IMG/VR virus record: IMGVR_UViG_3300020379_000824
Coordinates: 1 to 64,000 of that record
DNA length: 64,000 bases
Strand: one strand, 5' to 3'
Origin: an uncultured virus (IMG/VR IMGVR_UViG_3300020379_000824)
Lineage: Duplodnaviria > Heunggongvirae > Uroviricota > Caudoviricetes
The notes beneath the pieces were generated by a model. That model saw nothing but the letters and a program-made list of their open reading frames with translations. It was not told the DNA's origin and ran no database searches. Made by a program: the position numbers and the translations under genes. This document shows positions 36,964-46,293 of this stretch, in pieces; positions within the stretch are counted from its first letter, which is position 1, and each line of letters starts with the position of its first letter.

Positions 36964-38568
36964 TTATGCGATACCTAAGTTTGTGATAGTAACACTACCT
37001 TGAATTTTATGTGACTCATCTGTCTTATATTTGTTGTATAATATTCTACCTTCAGACCCCATAATACTAGTAGTATATGCATTATAATCATTTGAAAGCC
37101 CTGTTGAATACATTGCTTGTGGCGAATTTGCTTCTATTTCTTGCTTTAATTGTGCTGGTGTTAGTTCAGGCTTTGCTTGTAAATGTAATGCTCCTACACC
37201 ACATACTTGCGGACATGCCATACTTGTACCACTAATAGATTGCTGTCCAAATGCAGGATCTAATTTATATGGTGTTGGGCCACCTATTTCTGATATCTGT
37301 GAACATGCACTAATAATATTTGTACCAGGTGCCCATATTGTTACCGCTGGGCCTTTCATGCTGTCTGGCTTTGTTACATCTTGATCGTTAAGAATTCTAC
37401 TGTCAATGTTTCCTACGTTAAATGCTCCTGTTGCATATGGAGAAGGAGGTCTATTGTAAAACTGTGTTCCGTAACTAGTCCACGAAACTGTGTTATTATA
37501 ATCAATTTCTCCTGAAGTTGTAACTTTGTAATAATCATTTCCTGCTGCAATACAGACATGTACTCCTGCATTAATAAGTTCTTCTACATCAGCATCAACT
37601 GATGCAACCTGTACAGGTATTTTCCATCTTGAACCTACATAAGGTACAACACCTGTGTTTGCCCATAAGTCGGAAACATTATTGTATGTTGTTCCCCAAA
37701 ACCAATTAGTTCCTCTGTAACTTCCGCCTACTGGCGTTGTTGCTTGTGGAATATTAGTTCCGTATCCCCAACTCATATTAACAATAGTTGGTCTTTTATA
37801 TCCTGTGCTTGTAACTGGTTTGTTATTGTGCCATTCTCTAATAACATCAAAACAATCTGAAATAGGAATACCACCATTAGGATCTGCTGTTCCTGGAATC
37901 ATCTTTACTGCATATATTTTTGCATTCTTTGCCCAACCAAATGTTTTACCTGCAACTGTGCCAGCGCAGTGTGTTCCATGGCCATGATAGTCTGTGTAAT
38001 GTTCTGCAGGCATTGAGCCACCGCCGCTGAATCCATCATACCAGTCTAGCTCAACTAATCTAGAAACACCGTTAGCATCTTGCCATTCTGGATGCAAGGG
38101 TTCAATACCCGAATCTTGAATAACAACATCAACACCTGTACCATCTAGTGGATACAAGTAATCTTCTGTTATTTGTGTAACTATCTGTTCGCCGGAAGGT
38201 GTGCTACCATTACCATAGTTTTCTGTTAAACTCTGACAACGTTTAAGTCCCCAGTTATCAATGTTACCTGCGCTGCCGGAACCTCTATAGAATGTTCCTG
38301 ACTGCCTTGCTCTAAGTGTAATCTCAATATCATCTCTTTGTTCTGGTGGAATCTCAACTGCTATTACTCTGCTGTCGTTAGCAAGTGTAGTTGCTTCATC
38401 ATCTGACAAGTAATAATGTGTGTTTCTTTGTGAGGCCGGACGTGCATTTGCAATTTCAACGCTTCTGCTTGGAATAGTTTCATCGCCAAATGATGCAACC
38501 ATTTCTGCATCAAATGCATTAAGATCAATACCGGCTTTTACTGTGACAATATATTCTTTTTCAGCCAT
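36964..38568 (-). CDS. subtilisin-like (S8) serine protease
   Basis: VVIQDSG (Asp), HGTHCAG (His), AAGN (oxyanion Asn), SGTSMACP (Ser); N-terminal prodomain-like segment. Confidence 0.93.
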   Translation of the reverse strand: MAEKEYIVTVKAGIDLNAFDAEMVASFGDETIPSRSVEIANARPASQRNTHYYLSDDEATTLANDSRVIAVEIPPEQRDDIEITLRARQSGTFYRGSGSAGNIDNWGLKRCQSLTENYGNGSTPSGEQIVTQITEDYLYPLDGTGVDVVIQDSGIEPLHPEWQDANGVSRLVELDWYDGFSGGGSMPAEHYTDYHGHGTHCAGTVAGKTFGWAKNAKIYAVKMIPGTADPNGGIPISDCFDVIREWHNNKPVTSTGYKRPTIVNMSWGYGTNIPQATTPVGGSYRGTNWFWGTTYNNVSDLWANTGVVPYVGSRWKIPVQVASVDADVEELINAGVHVCIAAGNDYYKVTTSGEIDYNNTVSWTSYGTQFYNRPPSPYATGAFNVGNIDSRILNDQDVTKPDSMKGPAVTIWAPGTNIISACSQISEIGGPTPYKLDPAFGQQSISGTSMACPQVCGVGALHLQAKPELTPAQLKQEIEANSPQAMYSTGLSNDYNAYTTSIMGSEGRILYNKYKTDESHKIQGSVTITNLGIA

Positions 38569-38577
38569 GCTTTATAC

Positions 38578-40311
38578 CTATACTAGACTCGCCCAAGCAC
38601 CGTTTTCATATACCTGTGCTTTATTCAACGTAGAATCATATATCATATCACCGTTCCCAGGCGACAATGCATTTTTCTCTGTTGTTGTAAAACTAGGTAA
38701 TCTAAACGGAGCACCAGTAACTCTTACACCGTCTTGTGTATCTAAAACTAGAGTTGAACTACTTGTAATTTGTGGCGTTCCAGTATCGGTTTGAGCGATA
38801 GTTTTTACTGATAGCGTATCACTAACAGTTAAGTTAGTTGTTGTATGATTTGTTGTTGTGAAATCTGTTACTGAAAATTGTGCTGCTGTGAGCAAGTTAT
38901 TGACAGTTAAATCGTTTTCAACAGTTAGATCACTTTGCATTAACACACCTGGAGTAAAGTTTATTCCTGAACTGTCACTAGTGTCAATGTTTGAACCTGT
39001 GAATACAAAGTTACCAACTTCAGCAGCCGTTGCACCACCTGTTGCTGTACCACTTGATGTGTATGCTGTAAATCCTGTACCGTTAACACTTGATGTTAAT
39101 CCACTATCAGAATACAAAGCAAACTCTAATGTGCTAGTAATGTTTGCATAGTATTCGTTACCATTAAGTTCTGTCATACCAACAACACCTGTAATAGTTA
39201 CAGGTTGTCCTTCGTAGAATCCATGTGCAGAAGTTGTACTAATTACAACTGGATTTGCCTGTGTTGCTCCACCAATAGTTGCAGTTATAGCACCACTACC
39301 AACTGCGTCTGATGCTGGCGACCATTGTGCGCCGTCCCATTTAAGTACTTGGTTAGTACTTGGTGAACTTGTTGAAACATCTGCAAGTGTTGTAATAGAA
39401 GTTGTTGTTAAATCTTGTAATGCACTGTCTGCTTTAGTACCTTGTGCTGAAGTTGCAGCATCTGTAATTCCGTACCCAGCAAGTGTTGTTGCTTCGTTTG
39501 CTAGTTTAGACCATGCACCTGCATGAGCATAATAACCTTTACCTGTTCCATGTACATGAGCAAACATGCCATGATAAGTTGTGGCGCTAGGTAAATCACC
39601 TTCGGTTGCAAATACGTTTGCGTAGTAAACTTTGCCTGTTGTAGTAATATCATTACTACCCATATCTAAGTTACCACTGACTGTTAAACTGTTTAGTAAT
39701 GGTGGTGTATATGTAAACACACCTGTTCCGTTGTCGTAACTAACTGCTCCGTCACCTGCCGCAGTTCCTTCTGTGCCAACTGAAACACTTGACCTAACTG
39801 CTGCTTGATCTAATCCAGCTGCTGGTGCTGCTGCGTTAATCCATGCGCTGCCGTTCCATTTTAAAACTTGATCAGCACTTGGTGATGTAATAGTTACGTT
39901 TGATAAATCTTGTAAATTTGACGGAATAGCCGGGTAACCTAATACTGGTTGTACCCATTGGTTACTATCTCCATCATTGATATAGACATACAGTGTACCA
40001 TTAGTACTGTTAAACCAAATTGTACCTTCTTCCGGCGTACTTGGTGCAGATTGGCTAACTTCGATACTACCACTTCCGCTACCGCCACCAACGCCTGCTG
40101 CTGTTGCTTTTGCTGCAAATATTGCGTTAGTAACGTTAGTTAAATCGCCTCTTGCTAATGGTAAACCACCTACAATCTGACTATCGTACAGTCTAATTGT
40201 ATTATTGTCTTTATCATAGAATATTTCTCCACGAGCACCTGTTTTTCTATCCAGAAATTCTGCATCTCTAGGTACTACACGAAGGTTATTAATGATAGGT
40301 AAATTTGCCAT
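38578..40311 (-). CDS. fibre-like virion structural protein
   Basis: GEIFYD, GTIWFNS..LYVY, QVLKWNG repeats, ANPVVI..AHG..G..VTITGVVGMTELNG (FCCH-like beta domain), GDMIYDS. Confidence 0.75.
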   Translation of the reverse strand: MANLPIINNLRVVPRDAEFLDRKTGARGEIFYDKDNNTIRLYDSQIVGGLPLARGDLTNVTNAIFAAKATAAGVGGGSGSGSIEVSQSAPSTPEEGTIWFNSTNGTLYVYINDGDSNQWVQPVLGYPAIPSNLQDLSNVTITSPSADQVLKWNGSAWINAAAPAAGLDQAAVRSSVSVGTEGTAAGDGAVSYDNGTGVFTYTPPLLNSLTVSGNLDMGSNDITTTGKVYYANVFATEGDLPSATTYHGMFAHVHGTGKGYYAHAGAWSKLANEATTLAGYGITDAATSAQGTKADSALQDLTTTSITTLADVSTSSPSTNQVLKWDGAQWSPASDAVGSGAITATIGGATQANPVVISTTSAHGFYEGQPVTITGVVGMTELNGNEYYANITSTLEFALYSDSGLTSSVNGTGFTAYTSSGTATGGATAAEVGNFVFTGSNIDTSDSSGINFTPGVLMQSDLTVENDLTVNNLLTAAQFSVTDFTTTNHTTTNLTVSDTLSVKTIAQTDTGTPQITSSSTLVLDTQDGVRVTGAPFRLPSFTTTEKNALSPGNGDMIYDSTLNKAQVYENGAWASLV

Positions 40312-40341
40312 ATTATGAGTTCATCCACTGTTGTTGTAAAG

Positions 40342-40392
40342 TATTTATCTGCTTTCAGACTATTCATGTCATTAATAAACTGGCCATAAATA
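40342..40392. promoter_or_regulatory. divergent pair of late-type promoters (fibre operon leftwards, halogenase operon rightwards)
   Basis: ATAAATA on the minus strand at 40348-40342 and on the plus strand at 40386-40392 (5 nt before ATG 40398). Confidence 0.7.
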
Positions 40393-40397
40393 GTAAT

Positions 40398-40976
40398 ATG
40401 ATTATAGAGAACGATATTGCAACATGGACCGGCGTTATGAGACCCGAAGAATGTGCAGCCCTTATTGAATATTATGAAAAATTGAACGACTTGCATTTAA
40501 CTGCTAGTCGTCAAACTTTAGGAGATAATTCAGCACATAATAAAGCAGATCATGCTGCGTTTCTTCTTGAACAACCTGCATTGAATATGTCAACAGACAA
40601 TCCTACTATACATACTTTTATGAATAGATTTATTGATTGCTGGAAGCAATATACTGCACATTATAGTGTGTTAGGCGAGTGCGGCGATCACAGAGTTTAC
40701 TTTATGAAACTTCAAAAAACCCTTCCAGGAGAAGGATATCATACTTGGCATTTTGAATCAGATACAAAAGAAAGGTCAGGTAGAATTGCAGCGTGGGGAA
40801 TGTATCTTAATACAGTTGACGAAGGCGGAGAAACAGAATGGTTGTACCAAAAGAAGCGTATTGCTGCTACTGAAGGAACCTTAGTTGTTTGGCCTGCAAG
40901 TTACACGCATACTCACAGAGGCAATCCGCCATTAAGTGGTGAAAAATATCTTTTAACAGGCTGGGTTGAGTTTTAA
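40398..40976 (+). CDS. 2OG-Fe(II) oxygenase, prolyl-4-hydroxylase-like
   Basis: WHFE (HxE), YLNTVDEGGET, WPASYTHTHRG, KY..TGW; start MIIEND set by the late box. Confidence 0.88.
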   Translation: MIIENDIATWTGVMRPEECAALIEYYEKLNDLHLTASRQTLGDNSAHNKADHAAFLLEQPALNMSTDNPTIHTFMNRFIDCWKQYTAHYSVLGECGDHRVYFMKLQKTLPGEGYHTWHFESDTKERSGRIAAWGMYLNTVDEGGETEWLYQKKRIAATEGTLVVWPASYTHTHRGNPPLSGEKYLLTGWVEF

Positions 40977-41593
40977 TGAAAGTAATACCTACGTTTCCAA
41001 CAGAACTATTTGAATTTAAGAACACAGAGCTTGACAACGATGCTTTGATTCCTTTGTGTGAGCAGTATGCAGATCATGTAAAACATTCTGATACAATTAG
41101 TTCTATGAGAAACTTACATGACAAAAAAGAATTGAATCCATTGTTTACATGGATTAATGATTGCATAAAGCAAGTTCACGTACAACAAAAATTTGACTGC
41201 GATGGTTTTAAAATTACAAGCAGTTGGTTTAATAGAGCATTGCCTAGAGAAGGTATGCGTTTACAATATCACAGACACTCTATGAGTTTTTTGAGTGGGG
41301 TGTATTATGTTACTGAAGGTGCTGCAACAGTATTTGAAGATCCTGTTAAGCATAGAACAGAAGCACAACTAGAAGTACTTAGACATGATTATAGTCCGCA
41401 TTGGTTTAGTGATGCTGAAGCTGGAAAACTTGTTTTATTTCCTAGTTGGTTATTTCATAGTTCAACTCCACACTTCGGAGAAAAAGATAGATACATTATA
41501 AGTTTTAATACAATGCCATATGGGGATATAAATTTTAATCTAGCAACAGACTCTGTTGCAAGTTTAGAAGTACATACCAAGGAAAAGAAATGA
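40976..41593 (+). CDS. putative 2OG-Fe(II) oxygenase (TIGR02466-like)
   Basis: WFN, HRH, LSGVYYV, FPSWLFH, RYIISFN. Confidence 0.85.
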   Translation: MKVIPTFPTELFEFKNTELDNDALIPLCEQYADHVKHSDTISSMRNLHDKKELNPLFTWINDCIKQVHVQQKFDCDGFKITSSWFNRALPREGMRLQYHRHSMSFLSGVYYVTEGAATVFEDPVKHRTEAQLEVLRHDYSPHWFSDAEAGKLVLFPSWLFHSSTPHFGEKDRYIISFNTMPYGDINFNLATDSVASLEVHTKEKK

Positions 41594-43077
41594 TTAAAAA
41601 ATTACTTGTGCTAGGTGGCGGTAATGCTGGACTAATGACTGCACTATATCATAAAAAGTCTATTGACAACTTAGACATTACACTTATTAAATCTGATAAA
41701 ATTGGAACTATTGGTGTTGGCGAAGGTAGTACTGAACATTGGAGAAGATTCGCTGATGCAGTAGGTATTACAATGACTGATCTTGCAAGAGAATGTGGTG
41801 CAACTATTAAGATTGGTATTAAGTTTGAAGATTGGCACGGTGACAAAACCAGCTACTATCACAGTTTAGCAGAACCATATATATTTGTAGATGCATACAC
41901 AGGTGATGCACATACATTGATGAGATTGATTTCAGAAGGTGTTGATTCTGAATCGTTGCATTGGGATTTACCTATGCAAGGATATGTAAGTCCGCCATTT
42001 GAAGATTACTATCAGTTCCATTTTGATAGTGAAAAATTAAATGCATTTTTAGAAAAGAGATGCATTGAAGCAGGTATTAACGTTATAACTACAGAAGTTG
42101 TAGATGTTAACATTGGTGACGGGGGCTTTGTAGACTCAGTAGTCGACATAGAAAGACGAACACACACCGCAGACTTTTTTATTGATAGTAGTGGATTCAA
42201 AAGAGTTATTGCAAGTAAACTAGGTGCTGAATGGGTAGACTGGTCATCATTTTTACCTATGAATAGTGCTATTGCTTTTCAAACACCACGCCAAGAAGAG
42301 ATACCACCTTACACACTTTCTAAAGCATTAAGTGCTGGTTGGCATTGGCGTAGTCCTGTACAAGAACGTTTTGGTAACGGTTATGTGTTTAGTGATCAAT
42401 TTATTTCTGAAGACGAAGCCATAGCAGAAATACAATCTTTATTTTCAGATACAATTAATATAGGTAGAAAAATTAATTTTGTTTCAGGTAAGGTTAATAA
42501 GTTTTGGATTAAGAACTGTGTTAGCATTGGACTTAGCAGTAACTTTGTAGAGCCTTTAGAAGCAAGTAGTATTTCAACAACTATACAACAATCAAGAGCA
42601 TTAGTTGGCGCACTAGCATCTTGGGAACGTGGCGATCAAGCAACTATAAATGAATACAATAGGATATTTGATGACTGTTTAAGTAATGTGTTAGACTTTA
42701 TTCAATTGCATTATTTTACACAAAGAGAAGATTCAAAGTTTTGGCGTTGGTGTAAAAATGAAATAGAAGTTACTCCTTTTAATAAACAAAACTTAGAAAA
42801 TTTTAAAAAACAATTTGTAAATCAAATATTATTACCCGAAGATGGTATGCACGGAAGTTTTAGAATTTACGATAATTTAAATTGGATACAGATTATGCAT
42901 GGATTGCGTATGTTTGATATTCCTAGCATTAAAAAATTATATAATGAGCGTTATAGTAAATATCGTGCAGAAGATACAGCACAATTATCTATGCTACCAC
43001 AAACTCCAGGTAACGGCTGGATGAAATGTAGAGAAGCAATAGAAACATTAAAAGGAAGGACTACCTATAAGTTATGA
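41590..43077 (+). CDS. flavin-dependent (tryptophan) halogenase-family protein 1
   Basis: GGGNAG, IGVGEGS, ATIK (catalytic Lys position), FIDSSGF, WHWRSP, FVEPLEA. Confidence 0.9.
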   Translation: MIKKLLVLGGGNAGLMTALYHKKSIDNLDITLIKSDKIGTIGVGEGSTEHWRRFADAVGITMTDLARECGATIKIGIKFEDWHGDKTSYYHSLAEPYIFVDAYTGDAHTLMRLISEGVDSESLHWDLPMQGYVSPPFEDYYQFHFDSEKLNAFLEKRCIEAGINVITTEVVDVNIGDGGFVDSVVDIERRTHTADFFIDSSGFKRVIASKLGAEWVDWSSFLPMNSAIAFQTPRQEEIPPYTLSKALSAGWHWRSPVQERFGNGYVFSDQFISEDEAIAEIQSLFSDTINIGRKINFVSGKVNKFWIKNCVSIGLSSNFVEPLEASSISTTIQQSRALVGALASWERGDQATINEYNRIFDDCLSNVLDFIQLHYFTQREDSKFWRWCKNEIEVTPFNKQNLENFKKQFVNQILLPEDGMHGSFRIYDNLNWIQIMHGLRMFDIPSIKKLYNERYSKYRAEDTAQLSMLPQTPGNGWMKCREAIETLKGRTTYKL

Positions 43078-44579
43078 TAAAATCTCTAACAATATTAGGT
43101 GGCGGAACAAGTGGATTAGTTGCAGCACTAACACTTAGAAAATCTCACCCTCTATTAAAATTAAAACTTTTAAGATCAAGTAAGATTGGTATTATTGGTG
43201 TTGGTGAAGGTAGTACAGAACACTGGCAAAGATTTATGCACCACATTGATGTTGATGTTCCAACGATTGTTAGAGAAACAGGAGCAACATTTAAAATCGG
43301 TATTAAGTTTACTAATTGGCAAGGAGATGGGAAACATTATTTTCATAGTTTAACAGAACAGTTTGCAGCACTAGATCCACTTAGTGAAGCACCTGTTCAA
43401 TGGATGAGAATGATTGCTGAAAATTGGGATCCTATTGATACTGTTTGGAAAAGAACTGCTAGTAGTTTACATGCTGAACCTTTTCATGATAGTTTTGCTC
43501 AATACCATTTTGATACAAATAAATTAAATGAATTCTTTACACGATTATGTGTAGAAAGAGGAATCGAAGTATTAGATGTTGATATTGAAGATGTAATTTT
43601 AGATGAAACAGGTAATGTTAAAGAGCTAGTTGACGAAGCTGGAACAAAACATGCTAGTGATTTCTTTATTGACTGTAGTGGATTTAATAGAGTTATATCA
43701 AGTAAACTAGGACAAAAATGGATAGACTGTGGACATCAACTTCCTATGAATAGTGCTATTGCGTTTCCTACTGCTAGAACTGAAGACATCCCATCTTATA
43801 CAGAAGCAACTGCACTAAGCAGTGGTTGGTGTTGGAGAATTCCTACACAAGATAGATATGGAAATGGTTATGTGTTTAGTGATCAATTTATTAACGAAAC
43901 ACAAGCATATGATGAAGTATCGCAGCACTATGAAAAGCATTTAGGTATTAAAGATTTAGAAATAGGTAAACGTGTAAAATTTAATGCTGGATATGTTAAC
44001 GAATTTTGGACAAAGAATTGTGTATCATTAGGGCTTAGTGCTATGTTTGTAGAACCTTTAGAAGCAACATCAATAGGTTCAACAATACAACAAGTTAATA
44101 TACTTGTAGGTAATTTATTGTACTATAGAAAAAATGATGATACTGTTGCAAAAAGATTTAATGAAAGAATGAATTTAATTGCTACTAACATTATTGACTT
44201 TATTCAGATACATTATCTTACAAAACGTAACGACTCAGAGTTTTGGCGTTGGTGTGATGAAGGTATTGTTCTAACACCATTCAACGAAGAAACACTACAG
44301 TCATTTAAAACTGCTTATCCTAATTCAGGACACTTTGTTGATCCGTCTCTTATGTTCAGTTATCTTAATTGGATACAAGTTATGCACGGCTTACATCTTT
44401 TTGATTATGATGCTTGTAAAAAGTTTTGGGAAGAAAATTTTGCAGAAAGACACAATGAAAGTTTAACAAATTTAATGAAAAAACAATTAGCAGATTGGCC
44501 AGATGAAAAAATTTACACACATCGAGAAGCATTAAACATATTAAAAGATCGTTACTTGGAGGTAAACCATGAACTCTAA
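43074..44579 (+). CDS. flavin-dependent halogenase-family protein 2
   Basis: GGGTSG, IGVGEGS, ATFK, FIDCSGF, WCWRIP, FVEPLEA. Confidence 0.92.
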   Translation: MIKSLTILGGGTSGLVAALTLRKSHPLLKLKLLRSSKIGIIGVGEGSTEHWQRFMHHIDVDVPTIVRETGATFKIGIKFTNWQGDGKHYFHSLTEQFAALDPLSEAPVQWMRMIAENWDPIDTVWKRTASSLHAEPFHDSFAQYHFDTNKLNEFFTRLCVERGIEVLDVDIEDVILDETGNVKELVDEAGTKHASDFFIDCSGFNRVISSKLGQKWIDCGHQLPMNSAIAFPTARTEDIPSYTEATALSSGWCWRIPTQDRYGNGYVFSDQFINETQAYDEVSQHYEKHLGIKDLEIGKRVKFNAGYVNEFWTKNCVSLGLSAMFVEPLEATSIGSTIQQVNILVGNLLYYRKNDDTVAKRFNERMNLIATNIIDFIQIHYLTKRNDSEFWRWCDEGIVLTPFNEETLQSFKTAYPNSGHFVDPSLMFSYLNWIQVMHGLHLFDYDACKKFWEENFAERHNESLTNLMKKQLADWPDEKIYTHREALNILKDRYLEVNHEL

Positions 44580-46113
44580 TACAGTTATATTAGGCGGTGG
44601 CGTTGCAGGCTGGTTAACTGCACTACTAATAAAAAAGACAAGACCTAGTATGAATATTACTGTTGTTGAAGATCCTAATAAGCCACCTATTATTGCTGGT
44701 GAAAGCGGTACAACTACATTTGTTGATATGTTAAAGTATCTTGATATCGATTTTGATGACTTTGTTGCTAAAGCAAATGCTACACCAAAACTAGGTGGAC
44801 GTTTTAAAGATTGGTCAGGAGTAGGTAGTGAATTTATTCATTGTTTGCAAACAGATTATGCACCTTGGTTAGATGGATGGTCAGACAATCCTGACGCTAG
44901 TGTCTTTAATATGAACTTAGGACAATTTACCGGTATAATAGCAGCTGAAAGGCAAAAGAATTTATATCAGGCTACACTGCTAGGTAATGATGTTCCTTTA
45001 GCAGATGCATTCTATGCAAACTATTTTATTAAAGAAAATAAAGTTCCGTTTGGTGCTTCTAAATCAGAACTACCAATTATTGCTATGTGGCACAATGAGA
45101 GTAGAGCAACGGCAGCATACTTGAAAGAAGTGGCTCTTAAAAGAGATATTACATTGATCGAAGGCACATACGTAGATGCCAAACAAAATGATAAAGGTGA
45201 TATAACAACTTTAATTTTAGATGATAACAGAGAAATTGAAGGAGAATGGTTTGTTGATTGTACTGGATTTGCACAGTTACTAATTAGAAAAAAATTAGGA
45301 GCAGAATACTCTGATTACTCAGATCATTTTACACACAACTCTGTTATTGCATGGTGGGACGAACCCAAGTATTCAGTAACAACAAATGCAACAGCAATGA
45401 AATATGGTTGGCGTTGGAATATTAATTTGCAACACAGATCTGGTAATGGTTACATTTATGACAACAATTATATTACAGCAGACCAAGCATTAGAGGAAGC
45501 AAGAAGTGTATGTGGTGAACATATAGAACCTATTGCTTCATTTACATACACACCCGAAGTAGCAAAAGAAAGTTGGAAAAATAATGTTTTTGCAATTGGT
45601 TTAAGCAGTGGTTTCTTAGAACCATTAGAAGCAAACGGTATTGCAGTTATTTGCGAGTCACTTTATGCTATGCAAGATTTGTGGGATCCTACTAGAAGAG
45701 ATCACACGCTGTACAGAGATAGATTTAATCATAGAGTTAATACAGTTTATGAAGATATTAAAGACTTTATTGCATTACATTTTAGAGGACGTAGAGATGA
45801 CACAGACTTCTGGAAAAGTCATATACATGACCCAGAACGTATTCCAGAATCATTAGCAATGAAACTAAAAGACTGGGATCATTATTGGCAAGGACTTGTT
45901 GGTGTAGAGCCTGTTTTTAACGGTTATTCGCCAGCAGCATGGATGCAAGTAATACAGGGATTACATATATTTTCTAACACATACTTTAGCACTGCGTTTG
46001 AAGATAAACTTGAAACAGGCAGAAACGTGCTAAATACTAACGTAAAACGCTACAAAGAGCTTGTGGCTCCATTCTGGACAATCGATGAATGGATTAAGAA
46101 TATTGATAAATAA
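44569..46113 (+). CDS. flavin-dependent halogenase-family protein 3
   Basis: GGGVAG, AGES, ATPK, FVDCTGF, WRWNIN, FLEPLEANG. Confidence 0.88.
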   Translation: MNSNTVILGGGVAGWLTALLIKKTRPSMNITVVEDPNKPPIIAGESGTTTFVDMLKYLDIDFDDFVAKANATPKLGGRFKDWSGVGSEFIHCLQTDYAPWLDGWSDNPDASVFNMNLGQFTGIIAAERQKNLYQATLLGNDVPLADAFYANYFIKENKVPFGASKSELPIIAMWHNESRATAAYLKEVALKRDITLIEGTYVDAKQNDKGDITTLILDDNREIEGEWFVDCTGFAQLLIRKKLGAEYSDYSDHFTHNSVIAWWDEPKYSVTTNATAMKYGWRWNINLQHRSGNGYIYDNNYITADQALEEARSVCGEHIEPIASFTYTPEVAKESWKNNVFAIGLSSGFLEPLEANGIAVICESLYAMQDLWDPTRRDHTLYRDRFNHRVNTVYEDIKDFIALHFRGRRDDTDFWKSHIHDPERIPESLAMKLKDWDHYWQGLVGVEPVFNGYSPAAWMQVIQGLHIFSNTYFSTAFEDKLETGRNVLNTNVKRYKELVAPFWTIDEWIKNIDK

Positions 46114-46134
46114 AGATATAGGAGTTATACAAAT

Positions 46135-46293
46135 ATGGCAACTTACAAAATGATTATTAGAAAAGAGGTAGGTAAAGCGCCTATTACTCAGGACACTTGT
46201 GAAGCATCAAGCAAAGAAGCAGCGGCAAAAATCTTTGAAGAGCGTCACGGTCCAGCAAAAATCGTTGCAGGCCCTACTAAAGTCAGCGACTAA
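46135..46293 (+). CDS. small 52-aa protein (not in ORF track)
   Basis: Hand translation MATYKMIIRKEVGKAPITQDTCEASSKEAAAKIFEERHGPAKIVAGPTKVSD*; AGGAG RBS and ATAAATA box upstream; stop abuts the convergent gene. Confidence 0.8.
   Translation: MATYKMIIRKEVGKAPITQDTCEASSKEAAAKIFEERHGPAKIVAGPTKVSD

Noticed and set aside
40305..40397. ORF-track N-terminal extension of the first oxygenase (likewise 31752-31802 and 19716-19730)
   Set aside because: The extensions overlap neighbouring genes or promoters, and the late box 5 nt before the internal ATG marks the better start.
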